From: Mayamaea pseudoterrestris | Taxonomy: Eukaryota | Assembly: GCA_027923505.1 (NCBI GenBank) | Contig: BROI01000009.1 | Coordinates: 868,001 to 932,000 of the forward strand | Direction of reading: 5' to 3' | Length of the DNA stretch: 64,000 nucleotides | Part shown: positions 44,376 through 57,700 of the stretch, piece after piece | How the letters are laid out: every line of letters starts with the position of its first letter | How positions within the stretch are numbered: the first letter of the stretch is position 1 | Made by a program: the position numbers and the translations under genes | The notes under the pieces: model-generated | Told to the model about the DNA's origin: nothing | The model's database searches: none | Seen by the model: only the letters and a program-made list of their open reading frames with translations

Positions 44376-47300
44376 ATGGAGAAGGAATTTGCTCATTACG
44401 TAGTGACTGCTCATCCGCCTGGCGGAGTCTTGGTGACTGCGAAATGCAACTTTATTGCACGCGACTCCATGGTGCGTTCTGCGACGAAACGAACATCACT
44501 TGCAATTGTACTCGAAATTGTCTTTAGCTTTTTACCCAATTCATATTCCACGCAACTAACGTATTATCTCTCCAATGTATATAGGATGTTCTCGTGGCCA
44601 AGTCACGTCGCTTGGAGGTTCGTCAGCTCCGTTCGCCAATGCATGGTAGTGAGCATCAGACTGTTTCTGCCGTTACTTCTGCCTCCAGTCCCTTTCCAAT
44701 CGTCGCCCAGGTTCCAATTAATGGTCGCATAATTTGCCTCTGCCCATTGCGAATTCCATCGATGGAAACATCTTGCGTCTTCATGGCGACGGATCGTCTA
44801 AACTATGCCATTGTTTGCTACGAGGATGCGAATCACGCTCGGTCATCGCCCTATTCTATCAAGACGCTCTGCAGCGGATCTCTGCGCAACGACACAACGG
44901 ATGGAGCAGCAAGCCTGGCTCGATTGGCCGAGTCTGGTCCGTTGGTGGCCGTCGATCCAGACTCGCGGTGTATTGCAATGCACGTTTACGACGGATTGAT
45001 GAGCATCATTTCCGTTAATATGAACTATGTCATGCCAGCGAATGCAGCTGGATACAAGAATGATGGAAGTCATGGAGCGCGACATGCTCCCATGCCTCGC
45101 ATGCACCGCTCATCCAACGTTTTGCTGGGACCAGTGCAGCACATTCGCATGGAGGAGCGCACCATTTTGGACGTGACATTTCTGCACTGCAACAACCAGT
45201 CGCAGCCGCAGTTAGTCGTTCTGCATCAGGATGCTCGAGGCGGCCAGCATGTCATGACTCACTTGGTACAGTTACCTACAAACTTGAGTGGTACACAGAC
45301 GTCGGCAGTGAGTGACAGCAGCAACAGCAACGCGACGACCATTTTGAGCGGAGATGGCATGTTGAAGAAGAGCAATGTTGATGGTGGGAGTTCTTTGTTG
45401 ATTGCAGTTCCGCCGAAGATGAGCAGCGCAGCTGCGGCTGCAGTAAGTTTAGCGACGAGTTCAATGGCTACCGAGGATGAGCAAAGTCAACAAAGGCAAT
45501 CTTCAAGTACCGGCGGAATCATTATTTTGGGACAACGCCAGTTCACATACTGCAACGGAACAGTCACCAAGGTCATTCCCGTCCCGCAGGCCTTGTTTCT
45601 TTCCTTTGAGGCCTTGCCGGCTGATCCAATCACACAGTCGCCCCGCTATCTGGTGGGAGATGAATTTGGCAATTTGCATCTCTTGACGCTGGTGATGAAC
45701 ACGAACATGGCGGCGGGCATGCTTGTAGCATCCTCAACAACTAATACGGCTTCCAGTACGACAACGACTGACAACAAGGTGGTTGCTTTGAACTTTGAAA
45801 CGCTTGGAAGCTGCGCGCTAGCCTCGTCGTTGACATATTTGCGAGACGGATTGGTTTTTGTGGGATCGAGTTTGGGCGACTCGCAGCTGGTTCAAATTCA
45901 CGACGAGCCCATCGCTGTTCCCTCACAGGACGCATACAACACGAGCAGAGACGGGATTGATGTCGATGATGACAACGCATTGATAGATACAACATATTTG
46001 AGTGTTGTGGAAGAGTATACCCACCTTGGCCCGATTGTGGACTTTGATTTGATGCCGACAACACCTGGCGCCACCGTATCGGAAACCGCGCAGTGTCAAG
46101 TGGTGACTGCATCTGGGTCGTCCAAAACGGGGAGTTTGCGTTTGATTCGTAATGGAATTGGGATGAACGAGTATGCCAGTGTGGAAATGCCGGGCATTCA
46201 ACACATGTGGAGCGTTCGAGAGTCGTTCAACGATGCTGCAGATAAATACTTGGTACAGAGCTTTGTTGGCGAGACGCGAGTCCTGGGAGTTGCAGCGCCA
46301 GTAAGTGATAAAATGGACGACGAGGAGGAGGGTTCTCAATCGGAATTGGGTGCCAGTTTGGAGGAAATGATGATTCCTGGTCTCTCGTCGGAATCGCCTT
46401 CGCTCTATGTCGGCAATGTGCAAGTTAGCGACCGAGTTTTGCAAATAACTGAATTCGAAATGCGAACGTTTTCGTCGTCGACGGGCCAGGTGCTAAACAC
46501 TTGCGCTGGTGCGTTTACAGTGGCAACTGCCAATGAAGCGGGTCAGATTGCTGTGTCGATGCGCGGCGGAATGCTTGCTTACTATATGATTAACAAGGAA
46601 TCGGGCACTATAAACAAAGTTGCAGAAAAAAAGATGGAACGAGAAATCAGTTGTCTCGACATTCATCCCTTTGCGACCTCCAAGCCAACCGGTAATGTGA
46701 TGGAAATTGATGAAGCTGACGAAAAATTACGGCGGCATTGCAACTTAAGCAATTTGGTGGCTGTTGGTCTTTGGGACGACTTTACAGTCCGATTGCTTTC
46801 GCTGGAATCCAACTTAGACGAGACAATCTGCATAAATTTAGGCAATGACGACGACGAAGAAGAGGATGATGACGGCAACGTAGTTTCACAGCGCCGGCAC
46901 ATTAACAACATGATGGCTAGAAGTGTCAGCCTTGTCACTCTTGACTTCAACTCATCTAATCCAGGAGCCGCATCGCATCCGTACAGTCGCGGGGTGGATA
47001 TGCTTTTGGTTGGTCTTGGAGATGGTACTCTCATTTCCTTTGCGGTTGTCCTAAGAGATAATTTGGTCACGGTGCAGGCAAAGAAGGAGGTTTTGCTTGG
47101 AACGCAGCGGATAGGTCTTGTACGATTGACCATGGAGGGCCGTGGCACTTGTGTGCTAGCTACTGGCGATCGTCCAACGGTGATCTACCTTGCAGGTGTC
47201 GGTGGCACCTCGTCAACTCTCTTTAATCCCAAGCTGTGTTACTCGAATGTGAATCTGACGTTCAGTGAAGACGAGGAAGGTGACGATGTCTCGCGTCGCC

Positions 47301-49115
47301 CCTCGCAACAGGCTATATCGGTGAATGTAGCGACGCCGTTCAGGTCGCCGCTCCTTTTTGACGCCAGCAGTTTGGGTCCGCAGCATTTTTCACTGTGTGT
47401 GGCTGACGACCAGGATTTGAAACTGGGCGTCATCGACGATATCCAGAAGCTCCATGTCACAACCTGTCGTATTGGCATGGCACCTCGAAGGATTGCTCAC
47501 TGTGCGGATGGTCGTTTGTTTGCTGTGGGCTGCATTGAAAGCGGTATTCACCTTGGTCTCGGGGAGCAGGAGCAAAACATGCTAAATTGTATTCGCTTCA
47601 TGGATGATGCGACTTTTGACGATGTAGAGCGCCTCGACATGGAGCCGTTCGAAATGATCATGTCCATGGCGTATGTCACATTAAAGGTGCCATCATTGGG
47701 CGAGCCCTCCAAGGTTATCGGAGCCGGCGACAGCGTAATGCCTTACAAACCTTTCCTTCTGGTTGGGACGGCGTACGCCCTGCCAGACGAAGATGAACCT
47801 ACTCGCGGCCGAATCCTTGTGTATTCATTCCAGGATGATGCGACACCTGGAGCTGCTAGCATTGGTCGTTGCATTCGCCAGGTGACAGAGCTGGCTACGC
47901 AGGGGGCCGTCTACAGTATTACTCAATTTTACGACGGTAAAGTGCTATGCTCTGTTAATTCCAAGACCAATGTAGTGGAACTAGTGGACGACGATGGGCT
48001 TCGAAAGTTGCAATTTGTCGGAATAGGACACCATGGCCACATTCTCAGCCTTGTCGTTCGAGGCCTCGCGATGCGGACTCCTGTGGACTTAAATCGCGAT
48101 GTTGCAGGCTTATCAAAGGGAGTAAGAATGGACATCGATGCGGAAGACGAAAAAATGAAGACATCATTACCGGATGAGCAGCTGGCAATAGTCGGAGACT
48201 TGATGCGGTCCATAAGTCTCGTGCAGTACTACCCTGAACACGACACGTTGGAAGAGGTATATATGCAAGACGGTGTTATGTTATGTGTCGAATTAACGAG
48301 ACGCTCACCTTATATCATTGTTGACGAATACACAGATTGCCAAGGATTTCAACACTAATTGGGTCACAGCTATTGAAATGTTGAATAATCGGGTGTACTT
48401 GGGTGCGGAGAATTGGAATAATTTGTTCTGTCTTCGTCGCAATGTGAATTCACCGAGCGAGGAAATCCGCTGCCGACTGGACACAATTGGAGAGTTTCAT
48501 CTCGGCGAAATGGTGAACAAGTTCATGCGCGGATCACTAGTCATGCCCCTGTCCTCGTCGTCGCTATCAGCCAGCAAGCCATTATCCGCGACACCGCGTC
48601 CTCGACGTGCTTCATCGCCGCAAAAGAAGCCAGCATCTGGCGAGGACGCTGCTGCCGCATCTAGCACTCGCTCCGCGCGACGGGCTGTCGTCACGACTGG
48701 TAGTCAAACGCTATTTGGATCGGTCGATGGTACACTGGGAGTGATCCTTGGAATGGACGGCCGAACAGCAGCCTTCTTTGGGACTCTGGAGCGCGCCCTG
48801 GCCCATGTCATTGAGCCCGTCGGTGGGTTCTCGCATGCCAAGTTTCGCGCGTACGAGGCTGAGAATCGCACCCATCCTGCGCATGGCTTTATTGACGGCG
48901 ATCTTGTGGAAAGCTTTTTGGATTTGGATCGGAGCACCATGCAAGCTGTCGCGGACGAAATGAACCGCGATGGCGGCTGGGAGGTGGACGATGCAGTTTT
49001 GCTGCAGAAGCCCGAAACTGATGGTGCAACGCCAAATGAAGATGAAGTGGAGCGGCTAGATCTGACAGTGGATGATATTCTGGCCATGGTGGAAGGAGTT
49101 ACAATGTTGCATTAA
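44376..49115 (+). CDS. DDB1: DNA damage-binding protein 1 (CRL4 adaptor); exons 44376-44471, 44585-48256 and 48336-49115
   Basis: YVVTAHPP start, VFVGSSLGDSQL, LGPIVDF, GSLRLIRNGIG, IDDIQKLH, VGDLMRS, FHLGEMVNKF and GFIDGDLVESFLDL. Two in-frame introns. Confidence 0.95.
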
Positions 49116-49213
49116 TCTACGTGAATAAATGTACATGCTCCCGCATTTTATAGATGGCTTGTTTCTATATTATATCATGTGATAGCGTAGCTAGAGTTCC
49201 TCTTCATCGTCAC

Positions 49214-49876
49214 CTACGCTAACTTGGGCATAAACGATCCTGCAACATTATTGTATAGCTCTGCTCGCTTGGGCCAACGCTTCTCCGTGGAACTGGCATC
49301 CAGCGACCACAGCTTCCCCTTACACACGCAAAGTACCAAAAGCTGATGAGTGTTATCACTAATGGCAAATTCAAATTGATAAAACAAAACTCCATCCGTC
49401 AAACGTTCCTTGGCTTCAACGAGTTTGGCCTTTCGCTTGGAGGCCAAACTCTCACCAAGCGCTTGAACCGGACCCAAGGCAGCAATACTCTCCGTAGTGC
49501 TTTTGACGGGCGTGGAGCTAATCTTGATATTTTCCGCCGGATCCACCAAGTCTTGCCATTTGATATCATAGGCTCCAACTTCGCCCTCAAATTTGTTCCA
49601 ACCCGACGGTGTCGACATGCGAATCGACCTTGGCCCATCCTGAAAGGGTTCAAGCAAACCACCCATGCGAGTCACTATGCGCGGAGTCTCCTCCTCCACG
49701 ACGGCGAATGCTGGTTGCGAGGAAATGAGGACTGTTGCAGTCGCTGCGACTGTTGCTGCTGCGCGAATGGCTTGTCGGCGCGAGAGTTGTTGCTCTGGCG
49801 CTGCGGAAAAGGACCAGGCTTGGCAACTGCTAGCCGCAAGGGCTGATAGCAGGGCAAAGGATTTTGCAAACTTCAT
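49214..49876 (-). CDS. PsbP-domain thylakoid lumen protein
   Basis: Signal peptide (CQA-W), twin-Arg SRRQAI, hydrophobic stretch and AFA cleavage site. PsbP-like PSGW, YQFEF, HQLLV..GKLWSL..EKRW and SF motifs. Confidence 0.85.
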   Translation of the reverse strand: MKFAKSFALLSALAASSCQAWSFSAAPEQQLSRRQAIRAAATVAATATVLISSQPAFAVVEEETPRIVTRMGGLLEPFQDGPRSIRMSTPSGWNKFEGEVGAYDIKWQDLVDPAENIKISSTPVKSTTESIAALGPVQALGESLASKRKAKLVEAKERLTDGVLFYQFEFAISDNTHQLLVLCVCKGKLWSLDASSTEKRWPKRAELYNNVAGSFMPKLA

Positions 49877-50111
49877 CTTCGAATTGTTTAGTAGTGAAGA
49901 GTGAAGAGCAACACAACATAACAGCCGATGGAAGATGCGATGATCGCGCGACGGATGACTCGATGAACACGCACTCATCAAAACGTATACAAAACGTCAT
50001 ACTGTCTTATTTAGTACCGGTCTGACAAGCCAATTTCGCTGCGCCTCCATCGCGAGAGATCCACCTTCGACAATCATCTCACACTCTACTACTTGTACTG
50101 TACTGGCAACC

Positions 50112-51578
50112 ATGTCTACTCCACCTTCCTACAAGCCGCTGACTACGCTGTCTGAATCGGAGGCAAACGTCGCCGTGGAAAAATTCTGCACGCTTCTATC
50201 GTTTGAAACAGTTTCCTCCATTGCCGCCACCAACGGAGCTTACCAAGCCTGCGGAGCCTGGCTTTTGGATTACTGTCGCGAGATTAACGTCTTTGATAGT
50301 GTTTCCTACTTGCCGGAAGCTCCAGAAAATAGTCCAGTTGTCATTGCCGTTTGGAAGGGCAAGGACGAATCGCTTCCAGTCATTTTGTTGAATGCGCACT
50401 ACGACGTTGTTCCAGCTGATGCAAGTGACTGGACGGTTCCTCCCTTTGGAGGACGCGACTCGAAGCGAAGCATTCGAATTGACGAAGGCAACGATCCTCA
50501 ACCGGCGTCGGCCAGCAGCATGATCCTCATTTACGGCCGAGGCACGCAGGACATGAAATGCGTCGTGATTCAGTATCTGGAGGCGCTACGCAAACTCAAG
50601 GCGGACGATCCAAACTTTCAACCCACTCGCACCATTGTTGTTTCGCTCGTGCCCGACGAGGAGGTTGGTGGCGCCGGTATGGCAGCCTTTCTGGAGTCGA
50701 CCTTTTACAAGCAGCTGCCAGGAATTGCACTTGCTCTTGATGAAGGACTGGCGTCCACGACGGAAACGTACAGTGTCTTTTACGGAGAGCGCATTCCTTG
50801 GTTTATTGACGTGACGGCGCATGGCCGTACTGGACATGGAAGTCGCTTCATTGAGGAGACGGCGGTCGAACAAATTGTTGCACTGGCCAATAAAGCGCTG
50901 GCATTTCGAACGGGACAGCGCGACAAGTTGATGCTTGGCCAGCATGAAAATTGCGCGCATGCAGTTGCCGCCAAAAATTCCAAGAAGCAAGCAATCGAGA
51001 ATAATAATGGCAGAAATGAAAAGGGCATGGCGCTTGGAGATGTAACATCGTTGAACATTACAACACTCGAAGCAGGCGTCAAGGTGGGAGACACCTTTGC
51101 GTATAATTGCGTTCCACCGCTTGCAAAATGCTCGCTTGACATTCGCATCACGCCCCATACGGACCCAAAACAGATTGGAGACATGCTTGACCAGTGGTGC
51201 CAGGAGTGCAGTCACGACGACAAAAATTTCAAGCTCGAGTGGTCCTACATTGGGCGTGGCCACGACACAATGGAACACGCATTGACGAGCTGTGATGCCA
51301 CGGTGAACCCATGGTATGGAATATTTGAAGATGCCATGTCCAACATGGGCTTGCAAATTGAACCAAGCGTTTTTCCGGCAGCAACTGACTCGAGGTTTCT
51401 TCGGGCGCTTGGCGTACGAGCCCTTGGGTTCAGTCCGATGCGGTCGACAACCAGTGTGCCTTGCCCTATTTTGTTGCACGAGAATGATGAATACTTACCA
51501 GAGCCAACATTTGTTGAGGGCATTGCTGTTTATGTGGGAATTATTCACGCGCTGGCGACGCAAGATATAACGGAGTGA
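50112..51578 (+). CDS. ACY1: Aminoacylase-1 (peptidase M20 family)
   Basis: LLNAHYDVVP, IYGRGTQDMKC, VPDEEVGG, ALDEGLAS, FPAATDSRFLR and LLHENDEYL. Confidence 0.92.
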   Translation: MSTPPSYKPLTTLSESEANVAVEKFCTLLSFETVSSIAATNGAYQACGAWLLDYCREINVFDSVSYLPEAPENSPVVIAVWKGKDESLPVILLNAHYDVVPADASDWTVPPFGGRDSKRSIRIDEGNDPQPASASSMILIYGRGTQDMKCVVIQYLEALRKLKADDPNFQPTRTIVVSLVPDEEVGGAGMAAFLESTFYKQLPGIALALDEGLASTTETYSVFYGERIPWFIDVTAHGRTGHGSRFIEETAVEQIVALANKALAFRTGQRDKLMLGQHENCAHAVAAKNSKKQAIENNNGRNEKGMALGDVTSLNITTLEAGVKVGDTFAYNCVPPLAKCSLDIRITPHTDPKQIGDMLDQWCQECSHDDKNFKLEWSYIGRGHDTMEHALTSCDATVNPWYGIFEDAMSNMGLQIEPSVFPAATDSRFLRALGVRALGFSPMRSTTSVPCPILLHENDEYLPEPTFVEGIAVYVGIIHALATQDITE

Positions 51579-51744
51579 ACTTTTGTGTCGCTTAAAATTT
51601 GCTTGGCAAAAGGGTAATATTAACGACAGTGATGGTGTAATAGTGCAAGTGATTATTGTGGCTGCCTATTTTCACTTGGCATTCAACTTATGAAGTCTTG
51701 TGCAATGGTCATTGAAACATTTGTCACAAATTTGTATTTGGAAC

Positions 51745-54700
51745 ATGCACCAACCAGGCATTCCATCTTGTAGAGCAGCCAAAATAAAGTGTTGCCACCC
51801 TCCTGTAGTCATTAATCATGAACTGGCTCTGAGAATGGAATGTTGAAAGTCACGGCTGCTGCTGGCTGGGACTGGTGAAAAGTTTTCACCAATGGCGTTG
51901 CAGCATCATAAAGCACCAGGCAGGCATTCCATCTTGTATAACAGCCAAAATAAAGTGTTGCCACCCTCCCGAAAAGTCATTGGTTATGGAATGATTGCGA
52001 GAAATGCTGTTTAAAGTGCTGCTGGCTGAGAATGGTGAGACGATATCACCAATCAGATTGCAGTCCACTGGAACACCAGCTGGTCAACTTATATTGTAGC
52101 ACACCTTAACCAAGGATGTTAGCACCATTCTGGTGTAATATGGGTGTACACATGGGCCTGCCGTTGGGCCGTTTAAATATCAATCATATTGCCATCCCCT
52201 GAGACACCAGCAAGGCATACATTCTTGCAGCGCAGCCTGAACAATGATGTTGGCACCATTCTGGTGTCATTTGGGTGTATACATGGCTTGCTGTAGGGGC
52301 ATTCGAATGTCAAGGCATCTGCGGGCTGAGACTGGTGACAAGTTGTCACCAATCACATTGCCGTCTCCTTACATACTAGCCAGGCATGCCATCTTGTAGC
52401 GCAGCCCAAAGAATGATGTTGGCACCATTCTGGTGTAATTTGGGTGTATACATGGCCTGCTGTATGGGTGTTTGAAAATCAAAGGCATCTGCGGGCTGAG
52501 ACTGGTGACAAGTTGTCACAAAATACATTGCAGTCCCCTGAGACACCAGCCAGGCATACCATCCTGTAGCGCAGCCTAATTAATGATGTTGGCACCATTC
52601 TGGTGTCATTTGGGTGTATACATGGCCTGCTGTAGGAGCATTTATTTGAATGTCAAGGCATCTGCGGGCTGAGACAGGTGACAAGTTGTCACCAAATACA
52701 TTGCAATCCCATGAGACACCAGCCAGGCATACCATCTTGTAGTGCATCCCATATCATGATGTTGGCGCCATTATGGTGTCATTTGGGTGTATACATGGCC
52801 TGCTGTAGGGGTGTTTGAATGTCAAGGCATCTGCAGGCTGAGACTGGTGACAAGTTGTCACCAAATACATTGCCAACCCCGGAGACACCAGCCAGGCATA
52901 CCATCTTGTAGCGCATCCCATATAATCATGCTGGCACCATTCTGGTGTCATTTGGGTGTATACATGGCCTGCTGTAGGGGTGTTTGAATGTCAAGGCATC
53001 TGTGGGCTGAGACTGGTGACAAGTCGTCACCAAATACATTGCTGTCCCCTGAGACACCAGCCAGGCATACCATCTTGTAGCGCAAAGCCTCAATAATGAT
53101 TTTGGCACCATTCTGATGTCATTTGGGTGTATACATGGCCTGCTGTAGGGGCATTTGAATGTCAAGGCATCTGCAGGCTGAGACTGGTGACAAGTTGTCA
53201 CCAAATACATTGCAGTCCCCTGAGACACCAGCCAGTTATACCATCTTGTAGCGCATCCCATATAATGATGTTGGCACCATTCTGGTGTCATTTGGGTGTA
53301 TACATGGCCTGCTGTAGGGGTGTTTGGATGTCAAGGCATCTGCAGGCTGAGACTGGTGACAAGTTGTCACCAAATACATTGCTGTCCCCTGAGACACCAG
53401 CCAGGCATACCATCATGTAGCGTAGCCTAAATAATAATGTTGGCACCATTCTGGTGTCATGTGGGTGTATACATGGCCTGCTGTAGGGGCATTTGGATGT
53501 CAAGGCATCTGCGGGCTGAGACTGGTGACAAGTTGTCACCAAATACATTGCAGTGCCCTGAGACACCAGCCAGGCATACCATCTTGTAGCGTAGCCTGAA
53601 AAATTATGTTGGCACCATTCTGGTGTCATTTGGGTGTATACATGGCCTGCTGTAGGGGTGTTTGAATGTCAAGGCATCTGTGGGCTGAGACTGGTGACAA
53701 GTTGTCACCAAATACATTGCCGTCCCCTGAGACAAAAGCCAGGCATACCATCTTGTAGCGCATCCCATATATTGATGTTGGCACCATTCTGGTGTCATTT
53801 GGGTGTATACATGGCCTGCTGTAGGGGTGTTTGAATGTCAAGGCATCTGCGGGCTGAGACTGGTGACAAGTTGTCACCAAATACATTGCAGTCCCCTGAG
53901 ACACCAGCCAGGCATACCATCTTGTAGCGCATCCCATATGATGATGTTGGCACCATTATGGTGTCGTTTGGGTGTATACATGGCCTGCTGTAGGGGCATT
54001 TGAATGTCAAGGCATCTGCAGGCTGAGACTGGTGACAAGTTGTCACCAAATACATTGCAGTCCCCTGAGACACCAGCCAGGCATACCATTCTGTAGCACA
54101 GCCTAAATAATGATGTTGGCACCATTCTGGTGTCATTTGGGTGTATACATGGCCTGCTGTAGGGGTGTTTGAATGTCAAGGCATCTGTGGGCTGAGACTG
54201 GTGACAAGTTGTCACCAAATACATTGCGGTGTTTGAATGTCAAGGCATCTGTGGGCTGAGACTGGTGACAAGTTGTCACCAAATACATTGCCAGGCATAC
54301 CATCTTGTAGCGCACCTATGATCGCACATGGTGTCATTTGGGTGTATACATGGCCTGCTGTAGGGGCATTTGAATGTCAAGGCATCTGCGGGCTGAGACT
54401 GGTGACAAGTTGTCACCAAATACATTGCAGTCCCCTGAGACACCAGCCAGGCATACCATCTTGTAGCGCATCCCATATAATGATGTTGGCACCATTCTGG
54501 TGGCATTTCCATTCTGGTGGCATTTGGGTGTATACATGGCCTGCTGTAGGGGCATTTGAATGTCAAGGCATCTGCGGGCTGAGACTGGTGACAAGTTGTC
54601 ACCAAATACATTGCAGTCCCCTGAGACACCAGCCAGGCATACCATCTTGTAGCGCATCCCATATAATGATGTTGGCACCATTCTGGTGTCATTTGGGTGT

Positions 54701-57700
54701 ATACATGGTCTGCTGTAGCTGTAGGAGCATTTGAATGTCAAGGCATCTGCGGGCTGAGACTGGTGACAAGTTGTCACCAAATACATTGCAATCCCATGAG
54801 ACACCAGCTAGGCTTACCATCTTGTAGCGCTGCCTAAATAATGATGTTGGCACCATTCTGGTGTCATTTGGGTGTATACATGGCCTGCTGTAGGGGTGTT
54901 TGAATGTCAAGGCATCTGCGGGCTGAGACTGGTGACAAGTTGTCACCAAATACATTGCAGTCCCCTGAGACACCAGCCAGGCATACCATCTTGTAGCGCA
55001 GCCTAAATAATGATGTTGGCACCATTCTGGTGTCATTTGGGTGTATACATGGCCTGCTGTAGGGGCATTTGAATGTCAAGGCATCTGCGGGCTGGACTAG
55101 TGACAAGTTGTCACCAAATACATTGCAGTCCCATGAGACACCAGCTAGACATACCATCTTGTAGCGCATCCCATATCATGATGTTGGCGCCATTATGGTG
55201 TCACTTGGGTGTATACATGGCCTGCTGTAGGGGTGTTTGAATGTCAAGCATCTGCGGGCTGAGACTGGTGACAAGCTGTCACCAAATACATTGCCATCCC
55301 CTGAGACACCAGCCAGGCATTTCATCTTGTAGCACAGCCTAAATAATGATGTTGGCACCATTCTGGTGTCATTTGGGTGTATACATGGCCTGCTGTAGGG
55401 GTGTTTGAATGTCAAGGCATCTGCGGGCTGAGACTGGTGACAAGTTGTCACCAAATACATTGCAGTCCCCTGAGACACCAGCCAGGCATACCATCTTGTA
55501 GCGCATCCCATATAATGATGTTGGCACCATTCTGGTGTCATTTGGGTGTATACATGGCCTGCTGTAGGGGTGTTTGAATGTCAAGGCATCTGTGGGCTGA
55601 GACTGGTGACAAGTTGTCACCAAATACATTGCAGTCCCCTGAGACACCAGCCAGGCATACCATCCTGTAATGCAGCCTAAATAATGATATTGGCACCGTT
55701 CTGGTGTCATTTGGGTGTATACATGGCCTGCTGTAGGAGCATTTGAATGTCAAGGCATCTGCGGGCTGAGACTGGTGACAAGTTGTCACCAAATACATTG
55801 CAGTCCCCTGAGACACCAGCCAGGCATACCATCTTGTAGCGCAGCCTATATAATGATGTTGGCACCATTCTGGTGTCATTTGGGTGTATACATGGCCTGC
55901 TGTAGGGGCATTTGAATGTCAAGGCATCTGCGGGCTGAGACTGGTGACAAGTTGTCACCAAATACATTGCCGTCCCCTGAGACACCAGCCAGGCATACCA
56001 TCTTGTAGCGCAGCCTAAAAAATGATGTTGGCACCATTCTGGTGTCATTTGGGTGTATACATGGCCTGCTGTAGGGGCGTTTGAATGTCAAGGCATCTGC
56101 GGGCTGAGACTGGTGACAAGTTGTCACCAAATACATTGCAGTCCCCTGAGACACCAGCCAGGCATACCATCTTGTAGCGCATCCCATATAATGATGTTGG
56201 CACCATTCTGGTGTCATTTGGGTGTATACATGGCCTGCTGTAGGGGTGTTTGAATGTCAAGGCATCTGCGGGCTGAGACTGGTGACAAGTTGTCACCAAA
56301 TACATTGCAGTCCCCTGAGACACCAGCCAGGCATACCATCTTGTAGCGCATCCCATATAATGATGTTGGCACCATTCTGGTGTCATTTGGGTGTATACAT
56401 GGCCTGCTGTAGGGGCGTTTGAATGTCAAGGCATCTGCGGGCTGAGACTGGTGACAAGTTGTCACCAAATACATTGCAGTCCCCTGAGACACCAGCCAGG
56501 CATACCATCCTGTAGCGCAGCCTAAATAATGATGTTGGCACCATTCTGGTGTCATTTGGGTGTATACATGGCCTGCTGTAGGGGTGTTTGAATGTCAAGG
56601 CATCTGCGGGCTGAGACTGGTGACAAGTTGTCACCAAATACATTGCAGTCCCCTGAGACACCAGCCAGGCATACCATCTTGTAGCGCAGCCTAAATAATG
56701 ATGTTGGCACCATTCTGGTGTCATTTGGGTGTATACATGGCCTGCTGTAGGGGCATTTGAATGTCAAGGCATCTGCGGGCTGAGACTGGTGACAAGTTGT
56801 CACCAAATACATTGCAGTCCCCTGAGACACCAGCCAGGCATACCATCTTGTAGCGCATCCCATATAATGATGTTGGCACCATTCTGGTGTCATTTGGGTG
56901 TATACATGGCCTGCTGTAGGGGTATTTGAATGTCAAGGCATCTGCGGGCTGAGACTGGTGACAAGTTGTCACCAAATACATTGCCGTCCCCTGAGACACC
57001 AGCCAGGCATACCATCTTGTAGCGCATCCCATATAATGATGTTGGCACCATTCTGGTGTCATTTGGGTGTATACATGGCCTGCTGTAGGGGCATTTGAAT
57101 GTCAAGGCATCTGCGGGCTGAGACTGGTGACAAGTTGTCACCAAATACATTGCAGTCCCCTGAGACACCAGCCAGGCATACCATCTTGTAGCGCAGCCCA
57201 TATAATGATGTTGGCACCATTCTGGTGTCATTTGGGTGTATACATGGCCTGCTGTAGGGGTGTTTGAATGTCAAGGCATCTGCGGGCTGAGACTGGTGAC
57301 AAGTTGTCACCAAATACATTGCAATCCCATGAGACACCAGCTAGGCTTACCATCTTGTAGCACAGCCTAAAAAATGATGTTGGCACGATTCTGGTGTCAT
57401 TTGGGTGTATACATGGCCTGCTGTAGGGGTGTTTGAATGTCAAGGCATCTGTGGGCTGAGACTGGTGACAAGTTGTCACCAAATACATTGCCGTCCCCTG
57501 AGACAAAAGCCAGGCATACCATCTTGTAGCGCATCCCATATATTGATGTTGGCACCATTCTGGTGTCATTTGGGTGTATACATGGCCTGCTGTAGGGGCA
57601 TTTGAATGTCAAGGCATCTGCGGGCTGAGACTGGTGACAAGTTGTCACCAAATACATTGCAGTCCCCTGAGACACCAGCCAGGCATACCATCTTGTAGCG

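Noticed and set aside
7237..49115. Proteostasis gene cluster (HSP101, ClpP, CUL3, subtilase, DDB1)
   Set aside because: The products act in different compartments and pathways (DDB1 partners CUL4, not CUL3), and the genes are interspersed with unrelated ones. Chance is sufficient.
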